Source: Acidimicrobiales bacterium (GTDB lineage: Bacteria; Actinomycetota; Acidimicrobiia; Acidimicrobiales; Bog-793). Taken from it: a stretch of 64,000 bases of DNA. Within the stretch, counting starts at the first letter, position 1; each line of letters starts with the position of its first letter. Made by a program: the position numbers and the translations under genes. Below the pieces are notes generated by a model. The model searched no databases. It had not been told where the DNA came from and saw only the letters and a list, made by a program, of their open reading frames with translations. Of this stretch, positions 55,568 to 64,000 are shown piece by piece. Location of the stretch: positions 74,785 to 138,784 of the forward strand of contig JBOGHW010000036.1 of assembly GCA_050744865.1 (NCBI GenBank). The letters run 5' to 3'.

Positions 55568-56500
55568 ATGACGACAGCTCACGGGACTCACGACTACTTC
55601 GACGATCCGCGCAACGCCGGCATCCTCATCTCGGTGAACGGCAAGCTCGTGGCCAGGCAAGACGCCGTCGTCAGCGTCTTCGACGCCGGCTTCGTGCTCG
55701 GCGATGGCGTCTGGGAGGGGTTGCGGGTCGTGTCGGGACACCCGGTGTTTCTCGAGCAGCACCTCGACCGCCTGTTCGAGGGTGCGGCCGCAATAGCACT
55801 CGACGTCGGGCTGACCCGCCAACAGCTCACGGCCGAGCTTTACAGGACGCTGGCGGCCAATGAGATGACCGACGGCGTGCACATCCGCCTCATGGTCACA
55901 CGCGGCCCTAAGTCCACGCCCTACCAGGATCCCCGAATGTCGGCCGGGCGGGCGACCGTCGTTGTCATCGCCGAGTACAAGGCACCCCTGCCGGCGACAG
56001 GCGCTCGCGGTCTCTCGCTCTTCACGGTTCACGTCCGCAGGCCGGGCCCGGACACCCTTGATCCGAAGATCAACTCGCACAGCAAGCTGAACGACATCGT
56101 CGCCTGCATCCAGGCCTACACCGCTGGTGCCGACGAGGCCTTGATGCTGGACCAGCGTGGCTTCGTAGCCACCTGCAACTCGACCCATTTCTTCGTCGTG
56201 CGCAAGGGAGAGGTCTGGACCTCGACGGGCGAATACTGTCTCGGCGGCATCACGAGGAGCAATGTGCTCGCCGTCTGCTCGCAGGCCGGCATCACTGCAC
56301 GCGAGCGCAGCTTCAGCCTCACCGACGTCTACGGAGCCGACGAAGCCTTCGTGACGGGGACGTTCGCCGGCCTCGTGCACGTCCACACCGTCGACAGCCG
56401 CCGCATCGGGAGCGGAGAGCGAGGACCCGTGGTCGAACGGCTGCAGTCGCTCTACGCCGATCTCGTCCGGCACGACGTCGACGGCCGAGCGGCGCCGTGA
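55568..56500 (+). CDS. Class IV (branched-chain/D-amino-acid type) aminotransferase
   Basis: ORF trimmed to ATG 55568. Motifs VSVFDAGFVLGDGVWEGLRV and NSTHFFVVRKGEVWTSTGEYCLGGITRSNVL. Confidence 0.85.
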   Translation: MTTAHGTHDYFDDPRNAGILISVNGKLVARQDAVVSVFDAGFVLGDGVWEGLRVVSGHPVFLEQHLDRLFEGAAAIALDVGLTRQQLTAELYRTLAANEMTDGVHIRLMVTRGPKSTPYQDPRMSAGRATVVVIAEYKAPLPATGARGLSLFTVHVRRPGPDTLDPKINSHSKLNDIVACIQAYTAGADEALMLDQRGFVATCNSTHFFVVRKGEVWTSTGEYCLGGITRSNVLAVCSQAGITARERSFSLTDVYGADEAFVTGTFAGLVHVHTVDSRRIGSGERGPVVERLQSLYADLVRHDVDGRAAP

Positions 56501-57210
56501 CCGCCGGCGTGCGCCTGGCGGTCTGGTCTGGCCCGCGCAACATCTCCACGGCGCTCATGCGTGCTTGGGAGAACCGGGACGACTGCAGAGTCGTCGACGA
56601 ACCCTTCTACGCCTACTACCTGAACGAGACCGGGCTTGGACACCCAGGGCGCGACGAGGTGATCGCCGCCGGCACGACGGACTGGCGGGCAGTGGTCGCC
56701 GACCTCACGTCGCCCGTTGATGGCATCTACTACCAGAAACACATGGCCCACCATCTCCTCCCCCAGCTGCCCCGTGGCTGGATCGCCTCGCTCACCAACG
56801 TCTTGCTGATCCGCGACCCCACCGAGGTGCTGGCCTCCTACGTGCGATCGCGGCCCGATGTCACAGACTCGGACATCGGCCTCGTCCAGCAGGCCGAGCT
56901 GTTCGAGCAACTCGGAGCCCGCTTGCCCGTGCTCGACGCAGCCGACTTCCTGGCACGACCGGACCTCTACGTCCGTTGGCTCTGTGACCTAGTCGGGGTC
57001 GAGTTCACCGACCGTATGCTCCGATGGCCTGCCGGGCCTCGTGACACAGACGGCGTTTGGGCGCGCTACTGGTACGGCGCCGTGCAAGCGTCCACGGGCT
57101 TTGTGCCCTACGCTCGGCGGCAGGTCGAGCTGGCAGGAGCCGCCGCCGAGGTGTCCGAACGGCTCCGGCCGTACTACGAGAAGCTCTACTCGGCGCGCCT
57201 GGTTCTGTGA
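56497..57210 (+). CDS. Sulfotransferase-like (P-loop fold) family protein, function unknown
   Basis: 237-aa ORF. The GTG start overlaps the aminotransferase stop (GTGA). N-terminus VWSGPRNISTALMRAWENR. The family assignment is from memory of similar proteins and is weak. Confidence 0.55.
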   Translation: MTAGVRLAVWSGPRNISTALMRAWENRDDCRVVDEPFYAYYLNETGLGHPGRDEVIAAGTTDWRAVVADLTSPVDGIYYQKHMAHHLLPQLPRGWIASLTNVLLIRDPTEVLASYVRSRPDVTDSDIGLVQQAELFEQLGARLPVLDAADFLARPDLYVRWLCDLVGVEFTDRMLRWPAGPRDTDGVWARYWYGAVQASTGFVPYARRQVELAGAAAEVSERLRPYYEKLYSARLVL

Positions 57211-57268
57211 TAGGTGCGCGTTCCACGGTGACTACGCTGGCTGCGCCGTCGAAGCACAGAGGAGCGGT

Positions 57269-58213
57269 ATGGAAGCAAGAGCTGACACAGCAGCTGCCAT
57301 TGCGGGATCCATCGACGTCCAGCCACTGACGGGCTGTATCGGCGCCGTGCTGGGTGGCGTCGACCTGGCTTGCCTTCGAGGCGGTGATGTCGCCTCGATC
57401 AGGGCAGCGCTGCTTGCGCATCGAGTGGTGTTCTTCCGGGACCAGGAACTCGACTCCGACTCGCAGATCGCCTTCGCCAGGCAGCTCGGACCGCTCACTC
57501 GCGGCCACCCGACGCTGTCGCCGGCCACCGAGCACCCCGAGGTCCACGAGCTCGATTCGGCGCAGGGCTCGCAGGCCGACTACTGGCACACGGACGTGAC
57601 GTTCGTGGAACGCCCGCCTGCCATATCGGTGCTGCGGGCCGTCACGTTGCCCTCTCACGGCGGCGACACGCTCTGGGCAAGCACCGTGGCCGGCTTCAAA
57701 AGTTTGCGGCCTGAGCTGCGGGAGCTCGCCGAGAAGCTCGATGCCCTGCATACCAATATCCACGACTACGCCACCGCGGCGGCTCCTGCGCCAAGCGCGA
57801 CCGCCGACCCGGCCCACGCGGCGCACGTCGCAGAGTTCCGGTCGCAACGCTTCGAGACAGTCCACCCCGTCGTGCGTGTCCATCCTGAGACCGGCGAGCC
57901 GGCCCTGCTGCTGGGTGGGTTCGCCTCCCGGATCCTGCATTACCGCGACAGCCTGTCGCAGGACCTCCTGCGGGCGTTCTCGAGCCAAGTCACCAGCCCG
58001 GACCACTGCGTGCGGTGGAGTTGGCGTCCCGGCGACGTCGCCATGTGGGACAACCGCTCCACGCAGCACTACGCCGTGTTCGACTACGCACCGCAACGGC
58101 GGCAGATGCAGCGCGTGACAGTGGCCGGCGAGGTACCCGTAGCTGTGGACGGTCGACCGAGCGTCTCCCTGGCGGGCGACGCCAGCGCATACCTGCCGGA
58201 GACGTCGTCCTGA
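57269..58213 (+). CDS. TauD/TfdA-family Fe(II)/2-oxoglutarate dioxygenase
   Basis: ORF trimmed to ATG 57269 (GAGGAG at 57259-57264). Motifs WHTDVTF (His-x-Asp), GGDTLWAS and WDNRSTQHYA. Confidence 0.88.
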   Translation: MEARADTAAAIAGSIDVQPLTGCIGAVLGGVDLACLRGGDVASIRAALLAHRVVFFRDQELDSDSQIAFARQLGPLTRGHPTLSPATEHPEVHELDSAQGSQADYWHTDVTFVERPPAISVLRAVTLPSHGGDTLWASTVAGFKSLRPELRELAEKLDALHTNIHDYATAAAPAPSATADPAHAAHVAEFRSQRFETVHPVVRVHPETGEPALLLGGFASRILHYRDSLSQDLLRAFSSQVTSPDHCVRWSWRPGDVAMWDNRSTQHYAVFDYAPQRRQMQRVTVAGEVPVAVDGRPSVSLAGDASAYLPETSS

Positions 58214-58288
58214 CCACGGATCGGCAGGGCTGCGGGCGCCTCCGCGACAGAGCCATCCGGCCCTTGGTTGCGTCCTTCGAAGCAAACC

Positions 58289-58315
58289 CGCTCGCAAGTG
58301 AAAGACTTGTGAGCG
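58289..58315 (+). terminator. Hairpin downstream of the TauD-family gene
   Basis: CGCTCGCAAGT-GAAAG-ACTTGTGAGCG, an 11-bp stem with one G-U pair, 76 nt after the stop. No U-tract follows. Confidence 0.4.
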
Positions 58316-58466
58316 TGACCGGCACCATTCCGTCTTCGCCCACCCTAAGCCGGCTCGGCGCGCCGGCGCCGCCAGCCCGGACTGCCACACACCTGAGTCG
58401 TTAGCCATCTGCCCGCCAGCCTACGGACAGAAGACAAATGCCCCACGAGACGCCCGAACACACCCG

Positions 58467-59624
58467 ATGACAGATAGCCGCGACTCCGCCTTCCGGGAAG
58501 CCCTGGCGCAGCACGCCCGGTCACTGGACATACTCATCAACGGGAGCGCCGACATCTGCGCGGCTATCACCAGCGACACCGCCCAAGCGATCGGCAACCT
58601 GGACTACGACTTGGCAGACGACTCGGAGTCGGGATTCGAGGAGATCGTCGACACGGCGAGAATGCGGCTCGAAGTCAACCTCGACTACCGCAAGAGCTAT
58701 GCGGACAGCATCTTCGCCAGCGCCGGCAAGACGTTCCCTTTGCACGTCCAGCAACACGAGCAGAGCGTGCTGACCAACCTCCGCAAGTCGGCTCGGGCCC
58801 TTGGCCCGGATCACCCGAGCGTGCGTGTGCTGGCCGGCTTCTCGTACCCCACGGAGTCTCAGCTCGCCATGGCGACAACCCTGGACGCCGAGCTCTGGCT
58901 CTACCTTCAGGAGTCCGCTGCCAAGCTCGGACCGGACCACCCGAAGATCCGTTCTCTTCTCAGCACAGCCTCCTCGGCACGCGCCGGCGCCGCCATGTCG
59001 GCCGGGCTGGACAACACCGTGTGGCAGTTCATCCAGCAGACCGCCGACGAGTTGGGGCCCGAGCACTCCAAGCTACGGTCCATTCTGGCGGCAGCGTCGG
59101 CCACCCAGAGCGCCGACGCGATGTCTGCGGCGCTGAACAAGAAAGTGTGGATCGCGGCACGGGACGTGGCGAGGGAGCTCGGCCTGTCTCACTATCGCCT
59201 CCGGCAGGTCCTAAGTGCCGCCTCGACGCCTGAGGTGGCCGACGTCATGCTGGGCCTGTTGTACAGGCAGGGCGGATCTGACTCGATGCCCCGCATCGCC
59301 CATGAGTTCTTTGCCGCACGAGAGCGCCGCTACGTGCAGGAAGTCACCCAATCTGCTGCTGCCAACAACCCGCACTCCGAGTGGCTGATGCGGGAGGACC
59401 CGGAGTCGGTTGCGGCAGTCATCCAGATGGTGAAGAAGATCCGCCGGGACGGTGCGAGCCTGGGGAACCAGGTGAGCGACTCGGTTGTGTACGTCACCTT
59501 CTACCGGATCGCCGACTACGAGGACGGGCACGCCGACGGTGGCCAGCGAGCCCACCGCACACGGCCGTTCCAGATTCTGGCTGCCCTCATGGGCGGGAGC
59601 CGCAACGGCAAGCTGCCGTTCTGA
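58467..59624 (+). CDS. Hypothetical protein with four tandem ~42-aa HTH-like repeats
   Basis: 385-aa ORF. Repeats have the pattern [W/L]x7-AxxLGxxHxx[I/L/V]RxxLxxAS (ARALGPDHPSVRVL, AAKLGPDHPKIRSLL, ADELGPEHSKLRSIL, ARELGLSHYRLRQVL). No known family recognised. Confidence 0.6.
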   Translation: MTDSRDSAFREALAQHARSLDILINGSADICAAITSDTAQAIGNLDYDLADDSESGFEEIVDTARMRLEVNLDYRKSYADSIFASAGKTFPLHVQQHEQSVLTNLRKSARALGPDHPSVRVLAGFSYPTESQLAMATTLDAELWLYLQESAAKLGPDHPKIRSLLSTASSARAGAAMSAGLDNTVWQFIQQTADELGPEHSKLRSILAAASATQSADAMSAALNKKVWIAARDVARELGLSHYRLRQVLSAASTPEVADVMLGLLYRQGGSDSMPRIAHEFFAARERRYVQEVTQSAAANNPHSEWLMREDPESVAAVIQMVKKIRRDGASLGNQVSDSVVYVTFYRIADYEDGHADGGQRAHRTRPFQILAALMGGSRNGKLPF

Positions 59625-59646
59625 ACCTCTGGACCGTGGAGCCGGG

Positions 59647-60684
59647 TCAGGCGCCGCCCAAGGACTGATACTCGGCGAGGATGTCGGCTCCGCTGGTGTG
59701 CTTGCCGCACCAGAACTCGACCTCACCGAGCGCGGCACGGCTCCCTTCCTGGCGGGCCGGCCCAAGGCTCTGCCGTAGCAGTGGGTCCCAGATACGCTCG
59801 ATCATCTCGGTGCCGGCATACGTACTGCCGTCGGCCCCGAGCCAGGTGCGGTCCCTCATCTCCGACAGTGCCGTACGCAGATAGCCGACATGTGGCGTCT
59901 CGTCGGCCCGGATGAACGAGACCAGGCGGGCCGCCTCACCCTCGCCGCCGACGAGATCGGTGTCGGACATCCAGTCCTCGGCCCATGCGAAAGTGTGGAA
60001 GGCCGAGATCTCGATGAACAGGACGCGGATCATGAGGGAGACCATCATCTCCAGCTCGGCGGCGATGGCGTCAGGGAGCAACCGCTCGGCCTCGGCAGCC
60101 GGCTTGCGCCGGCCGAAGCCCATGCGCTCGAGCATGGCGCTGATGTCGAGGTCTTCGCAGGATCGCTCGAAGGCGATGTCCCGCGCCGCGAACCACATGT
60201 CCTTGTGCCCGGCTTCCTCTTCCCATCCGGCCTCGTCGCGGCCATGGGCTTCGAACAGGCCCCCGCCGAGATGGTCGATGGCGGTGCCGCGCACGTCCTC
60301 GACGAAGTGGCGCTGCAAGCCCTTCGGCTTCAAGAGCCGGATGTTGGCTCCGTATCCCTCGATGGTGCCTATGCGGGTGAGCGTCGCCATCAGCGGCTCA
60401 GGGACGCCTGCACCGATGAGGAACCGCGCTTGCTCAGAGCTGGGAGACGAGCGCGCCCACCTCTCGAGAGGCACGTCTATCAGCTCGGTCGAGAACAGCT
60501 CGCAGTTCTCACGGCCCCAGGCGGCGATGGCTTGCGTGCGGAACTTCGTCCGTGGTGAAACGTAACGGCCGCCGCCGTCGAAGCCCCCATGGCACCTGAC
60601 GCCCCCGGCGATGAGCGGCTCGACCACCGAAGGGCCGGCGAGCAGCTCGGCTTCGCTGAACTCCAGCTGCGACGTACCCAACAT
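59647..60684 (-). CDS. Hypothetical protein, possible ferritin-like/di-iron fold (weak)
   Basis: 345-aa ORF with a strong RBS (GAGGAG) before ATG 60684. Several E/ExxH-type spacings (TIEGYG, EEAGH, EISAFH, DETPH). No firm family assignment. Confidence 0.55.
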   Translation of the reverse strand: MLGTSQLEFSEAELLAGPSVVEPLIAGGVRCHGGFDGGGRYVSPRTKFRTQAIAAWGRENCELFSTELIDVPLERWARSSPSSEQARFLIGAGVPEPLMATLTRIGTIEGYGANIRLLKPKGLQRHFVEDVRGTAIDHLGGGLFEAHGRDEAGWEEEAGHKDMWFAARDIAFERSCEDLDISAMLERMGFGRRKPAAEAERLLPDAIAAELEMMVSLMIRVLFIEISAFHTFAWAEDWMSDTDLVGGEGEAARLVSFIRADETPHVGYLRTALSEMRDRTWLGADGSTYAGTEMIERIWDPLLRQSLGPARQEGSRAALGEVEFWCGKHTSGADILAEYQSLGGA

Positions 60685-60757
60685 CGCTCCTCTCGGCTAG
60701 CGCTTCCTGCTGGGCAAAAGGCTACAGCGACCGGCGCGGCGGCCTTCTCGCGGCGGC

Positions 60758-62584
60758 TCAGACCAGGCTCTCCCGCCACGCAAGGTGGAGAGCGGCGTAC
60801 TGGCCGGTGCCTTCGGCCAGCAGCACGGCGGGCGAGCCGTCCTCGACGATCTCGCCGGCATCCAGGACTAGCACCCTGTCGGCGATCTCCACCGTAGACA
60901 GGCGGTGGGCGATGATTACCGCCGTCCGCCTGTGTAGGACCGTCTTCAGAGCCGACTGCACCAGCCGTTCCATCGGGGCGTCGAGCGACGAGCTCGCCTC
61001 GTCGAGAACCAACACGGCGGGATCGGCCAGGAAGGCACGGGCGAGAGCCACGAGCTGGCGCTGGCCGGCCGACAGGCGCGAGCCACCCTTGCCGACGTCG
61101 CTGTCGTAGCCGGCACCGAGGGCGCCGACGAACGTGCCGACTCCCACGACGTTGCCCGCCGCCTCAACCTGCTGGCGATCCGCCGAGGGCGAGCCAAAGG
61201 AAATGTTGTCTGCCACACTGCCAGAGAACATGAAGCTCTCCTGGGTGACCATGGCGACGGCCCGATGGAGCGCTTCGTCCCCGAGGTCCCGCAGGCTCAT
61301 GCCATCGACGAGGACATCGCCTTCGAGCGGATCATAGAAACGAGCCAACAACCGCGCCACCGTGCTCTTCCCAGCCCCCGTCTCGCCCAGGAGAGCGACG
61401 GTCTGGCCGGCCGGGACGTGAAGATCCAAGTGGGAGAGCACGTCGCTGCCCGCCCTGTACCCGAAGCGCACGCTGCAGAAGTCGACGGCGCCGGCAAGGC
61501 CCTCCACCGGCAGCGAGGCGCCTGCCGGCGGCATGGGCACGCCCGGCTGCTCGTCGAGCACGCCGGCCAGCTTCTCGAAGCCGGCCGCGGCTGCCTGGAA
61601 GGAGTCGTAGAACTGGCTCACCTCCGCCAAAGGTTGGAAGAAGCGCTGCAGGTACAACACGAAGGCGGCCAACACGCCGACCTGCATCTGGTGGTTGATG
61701 ACGCGATCCCCGCCATACAGCAGGACTGCCGCCGTCGTCACGTTGCCGACGAGCACGATGCCGGGCCAGTAGATACCGAGCAACTGGAACGAACGGCTCA
61801 TCGTGCGGCGGTAGTTCTCGGACAGGTCGGAGAAGATTTCGTCGTTTCTCGGCTGTCGCCGGAAGGCGTGGACGGCCCTGATGCCTCGCAGCGACTCGGT
61901 GAAGTGGACGATCACCTGCGCGATCGAGTTGCGGGTGTTGCGGTAGGCGACGGTCGAGTGCCGCTGGTACCAGCGACTGAGGAACCACAACGGGATCATG
62001 CCGCTCAGGCACACAAGACCGAGGGGCCAATCGAGCACGATCAGGATGACACCCACCCCGACGACAGACAGCACGGAGTTCACGAGAGTGTCAAGCCCGA
62101 GGCTGAACATGTCGTTGATCGACTCGAAGTCCGACGTCAGCCTGGAGATCATGCGCCCTGTCGTGTAGCGCTCGTGGAAAGCCAGGCTGAGCCGTTGGAA
62201 GTGCTCGAAGACCTGCTCGCGCAGATGGAGCAGGACCGCCTGGGCGACCCAGCCCGATCCGGAGACGAATACCCTGTAGAGCATCGCCTGCAGCACAGCG
62301 CAAGCGACTATGCCCCCCGTGCAAAGCGAGAGCGGCAAGTAGTCATGGCTCCGGGCGCCGCTGATCCCCCTGTCGATGCCGAGGCCGACCAAGTAGGGGA
62401 TCGCCGTGGCGGCGGCGTTCGAGACGAGCACCGCCAGGCCGATCAGCCAGAGCACCCGGCGGTGTGGCGCCACAAGCGACCCGAGCAGGCGGCGCGTCCG
62501 GCGGCGAAGCAGCGACGTCCAGGCGGATGGGACCTCTTCGACATCCTCGGCGGCGATGCCTCTCCAGGCTTCGATCGTGCTCAC
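60758..62584 (-). CDS. ABC exporter half-transporter (TMD-NBD)
   Basis: 608-aa ORF with a type-I exporter TMD, Walker [10 protein letters not shown], signature LSAGQRQL and Walker B VLVLDEASSSLD. The start overlaps the upstream partner's stop. Confidence 0.92.
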   Translation of the reverse strand: MSTIEAWRGIAAEDVEEVPSAWTSLLRRRTRRLLGSLVAPHRRVLWLIGLAVLVSNAAATAIPYLVGLGIDRGISGARSHDYLPLSLCTGGIVACAVLQAMLYRVFVSGSGWVAQAVLLHLREQVFEHFQRLSLAFHERYTTGRMISRLTSDFESINDMFSLGLDTLVNSVLSVVGVGVILIVLDWPLGLVCLSGMIPLWFLSRWYQRHSTVAYRNTRNSIAQVIVHFTESLRGIRAVHAFRRQPRNDEIFSDLSENYRRTMSRSFQLLGIYWPGIVLVGNVTTAAVLLYGGDRVINHQMQVGVLAAFVLYLQRFFQPLAEVSQFYDSFQAAAAGFEKLAGVLDEQPGVPMPPAGASLPVEGLAGAVDFCSVRFGYRAGSDVLSHLDLHVPAGQTVALLGETGAGKSTVARLLARFYDPLEGDVLVDGMSLRDLGDEALHRAVAMVTQESFMFSGSVADNISFGSPSADRQQVEAAGNVVGVGTFVGALGAGYDSDVGKGGSRLSAGQRQLVALARAFLADPAVLVLDEASSSLDAPMERLVQSALKTVLHRRTAVIIAHRLSTVEIADRVLVLDAGEIVEDGSPAVLLAEGTGQYAALHLAWRESLV

Positions 62585-64000
62585 GAAGCCAGCTCCGAGT
62601 CCTCGAAGTCGACCGAGAGAACCGAGGCGTAGTCCGGCCGCTGCATGAGCTCGTGGTGCGTGCCGACGGCGACCAGCACGCCGTCCTGCAAGAGGGCGAC
62701 GCGGTCGGCCAGCGCCACGGTGGACGGCCGGTGGACCACCAGCAGGCTCGTGGTGTCCCGCAGCACGCTCGCAAGGCTCTCCTCGACCAACGCCTCGGTG
62801 TGCACGTCGAGCGCCGAGAGCGGGTCGTCGAGTACCAGGACGGCGGGCCGGGCCACGACGGCGCGTGCCAGGGCGAGGCGCTGGCGCTGGCCACCTGAGA
62901 GCGAGAGGCCCTGCTCGCCGATGCGGGTGTCGAGGCCCCAGGGAAGGTCGTAGACGTAGGCCGCCTGCGCAAGCTCGAGTGCGGCGGCGACATCTTCCTC
63001 CGAGGCGTCGGGTCGGCCGAGCGTGAGGTTCTCGCGCACGCTCATCGAGAAGAGCACGGGGTCCTCGAACACCAGGGCTACGTGGCGGCGGAGGGACTCC
63101 ATAGTCATGTCGCGGATGTCGATGCCGTCAAGGGTGATGCGTCCGGACGTGACGTCGTAGAGCCGGGCCGGCAACGACGCCAGCGTGCTCTTGCCGGATC
63201 CGGTGAGCCCGACGATGGCGAGCGTCTCACCGGGCTCGATGACGAGGTTGACGCCACGGAGTACCGCTGAGGCCATGCCGGGATAGGAGAAAGCGACATT
63301 CTCGAACGCGAGGCGACCGGCGGCTCGATCGACAGTACGGGCTGTCAGGGCGTCGGCCACGGACATCTCCGAGTCGAAGATCTCACAGACCCGGTCGGCC
63401 GCCGTCGCCGCCTCCTGGGCCATCGACAGGATCCAGCCGAGATCGATGATCGGGAACTGCAGGAGCACCAGGAGGGTCGTGAAGGCGACGATGGCGCCGA
63501 GCGTCATGGTCCCGTCGGCCACAGCGAGGCCACCGACGAGGACGGCGACCGCCATGGTGATGTTCGGGACCAGGGTCAACCAACCCCAAAAGCGTGCCCT
63601 CAGCTTCACCTCGGCCAGCGCCGAGACGCGCAGCGTGCGAGCGGCCTGGCCGAAGCGCTCCTGCATGAGCGGTCCACGCCCGAACGCCTTGACGATGCGC
63701 ATGCCTGTGGCGGCTTCCTCCGTGACGGTCGCCAGGTCGCCCTGCTGGTCCTGCACCCGCCGCGAGATCTGCGAGTACCCGGCCCCGAAACGCTTCGCCA
63801 GCACGATGACGGGCAGAGTCGTGACGAGGGCAAGGATGCCCAGAGGCAGGTAGATGGCCAGAAGTAGAACCATCACGGCCAAGTACTGGAGGCCGTCGAC
63901 GACAAAGAAGATCGCCCCGAAACCGAGGAACCGACGGATCGTTCCAAGATCGGTGGTCGTGCGGGAGAGGAGCTGCCCCGTCTGCCACCGGTCGTGGAAC
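62581..64000 (-). CDS. ABC exporter half-transporter (TMD-NBD), N-terminus beyond right edge
   Basis: The frame stays open to the window end, where the reverse translation reads FHDRWQTGQLLSRTTTDLGTIRRF. Walker A GLTGSGKST, signature LSGGQRQR and Walker B VLVLDDPLSALD. Confidence 0.9.
   Translation of the reverse strand, partial: FHDRWQTGQLLSRTTTDLGTIRRFLGFGAIFFVVDGLQYLAVMVLLLAIYLPLGILALVTTLPVIVLAKRFGAGYSQISRRVQDQQGDLATVTEEAATGMRIVKAFGRGPLMQERFGQAARTLRVSALAEVKLRARFWGWLTLVPNITMAVAVLVGGLAVADGTMTLGAIVAFTTLLVLLQFPIIDLGWILSMAQEAATAADRVCEIFDSEMSVADALTARTVDRAAGRLAFENVAFSYPGMASAVLRGVNLVIEPGETLAIVGLTGSGKSTLASLPARLYDVTSGRITLDGIDIRDMTMESLRRHVALVFEDPVLFSMSVRENLTLGRPDASEEDVAAALELAQAAYVYDLPWGLDTRIGEQGLSLSGGQRQRLALARAVVARPAVLVLDDPLSALDVHTEALVEESLASVLRDTTSLLVVHRPSTVALADRVALLQDGVLVAVGTHHELMQRPDYASVLSVDFEDSELAS

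Noticed and set aside
54941-56473. 510-aa minus-strand ORF
   Set aside because: It is antisense to the MmcQ-family and class IV aminotransferase genes and has no motifs.
57005-58408. 467-aa minus-strand ORF
   Set aside because: It is antisense to the TauD-family dioxygenase gene, which has the HxD and WDNR motifs in the plus frame.
61265-62632. 455-aa plus-strand ORF
   Set aside because: It is antisense to the ABC half-transporter genes.

Overview
This is a high-G+C, densely coding chromosomal segment of actinobacterial type, with about 49 protein genes, 1 tRNA and no rRNA, CRISPR array, transposase or integrase. All product calls come from reading motifs in the supplied translations; no similarity search was run. 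The left third (1-21.4 kb) is conserved core. On the minus strand it carries rho (partial), thrC, hom, a nucleotidyl-cyclase/P-loop/TPR signalling protein, lysA and argS, next to a plus-strand tRNA-Arg(CCG). It also holds a PIG-L deacetylase, an RDD protein, the XPB helicase with its helicase-associated partner, and an APC permease. The remainder looks accessory. It is rich in envelope and secreted functions: an ABC-2 transporter behind a small secreted Cys protein, an FHA-PrsW intramembrane protease, and an ECF sigma factor coupled to a membrane-anchored serpin. Secreted peptidases here include a G1 glutamic peptidase, two sedolisin-type S8/S53 peptidases, an L,D-transpeptidase and an M15 peptidase. 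Efflux modules include MarR plus a fused 4-domain ABC exporter, TetR plus an MFS transporter, and a split ABC exporter pair at the right edge. A few small metabolic modules complete it. The most interesting observations are: (1) the ECF-sigma/serpin two-gene module; (2) a 59-60 nt palindromic intergenic repeat present four times, whose conserved asymmetric core resembles an ECF-type promoter; (3) a small secreted 4-Cys protein upstream of an ABC-2 transporter, a bacteriocin/immunity-like layout; (4) the FHA-PrsW fusion; (5) an orphan protein made of four 42-aa HTH-like repeats; (6) unusual non-coding tandem repeats (36 bp x ~8; 72 bp x 2 plus a G-rich heptad tract). Many long ORFs in the track are antisense shadow ORFs typical of high-G+C DNA and were rejected.
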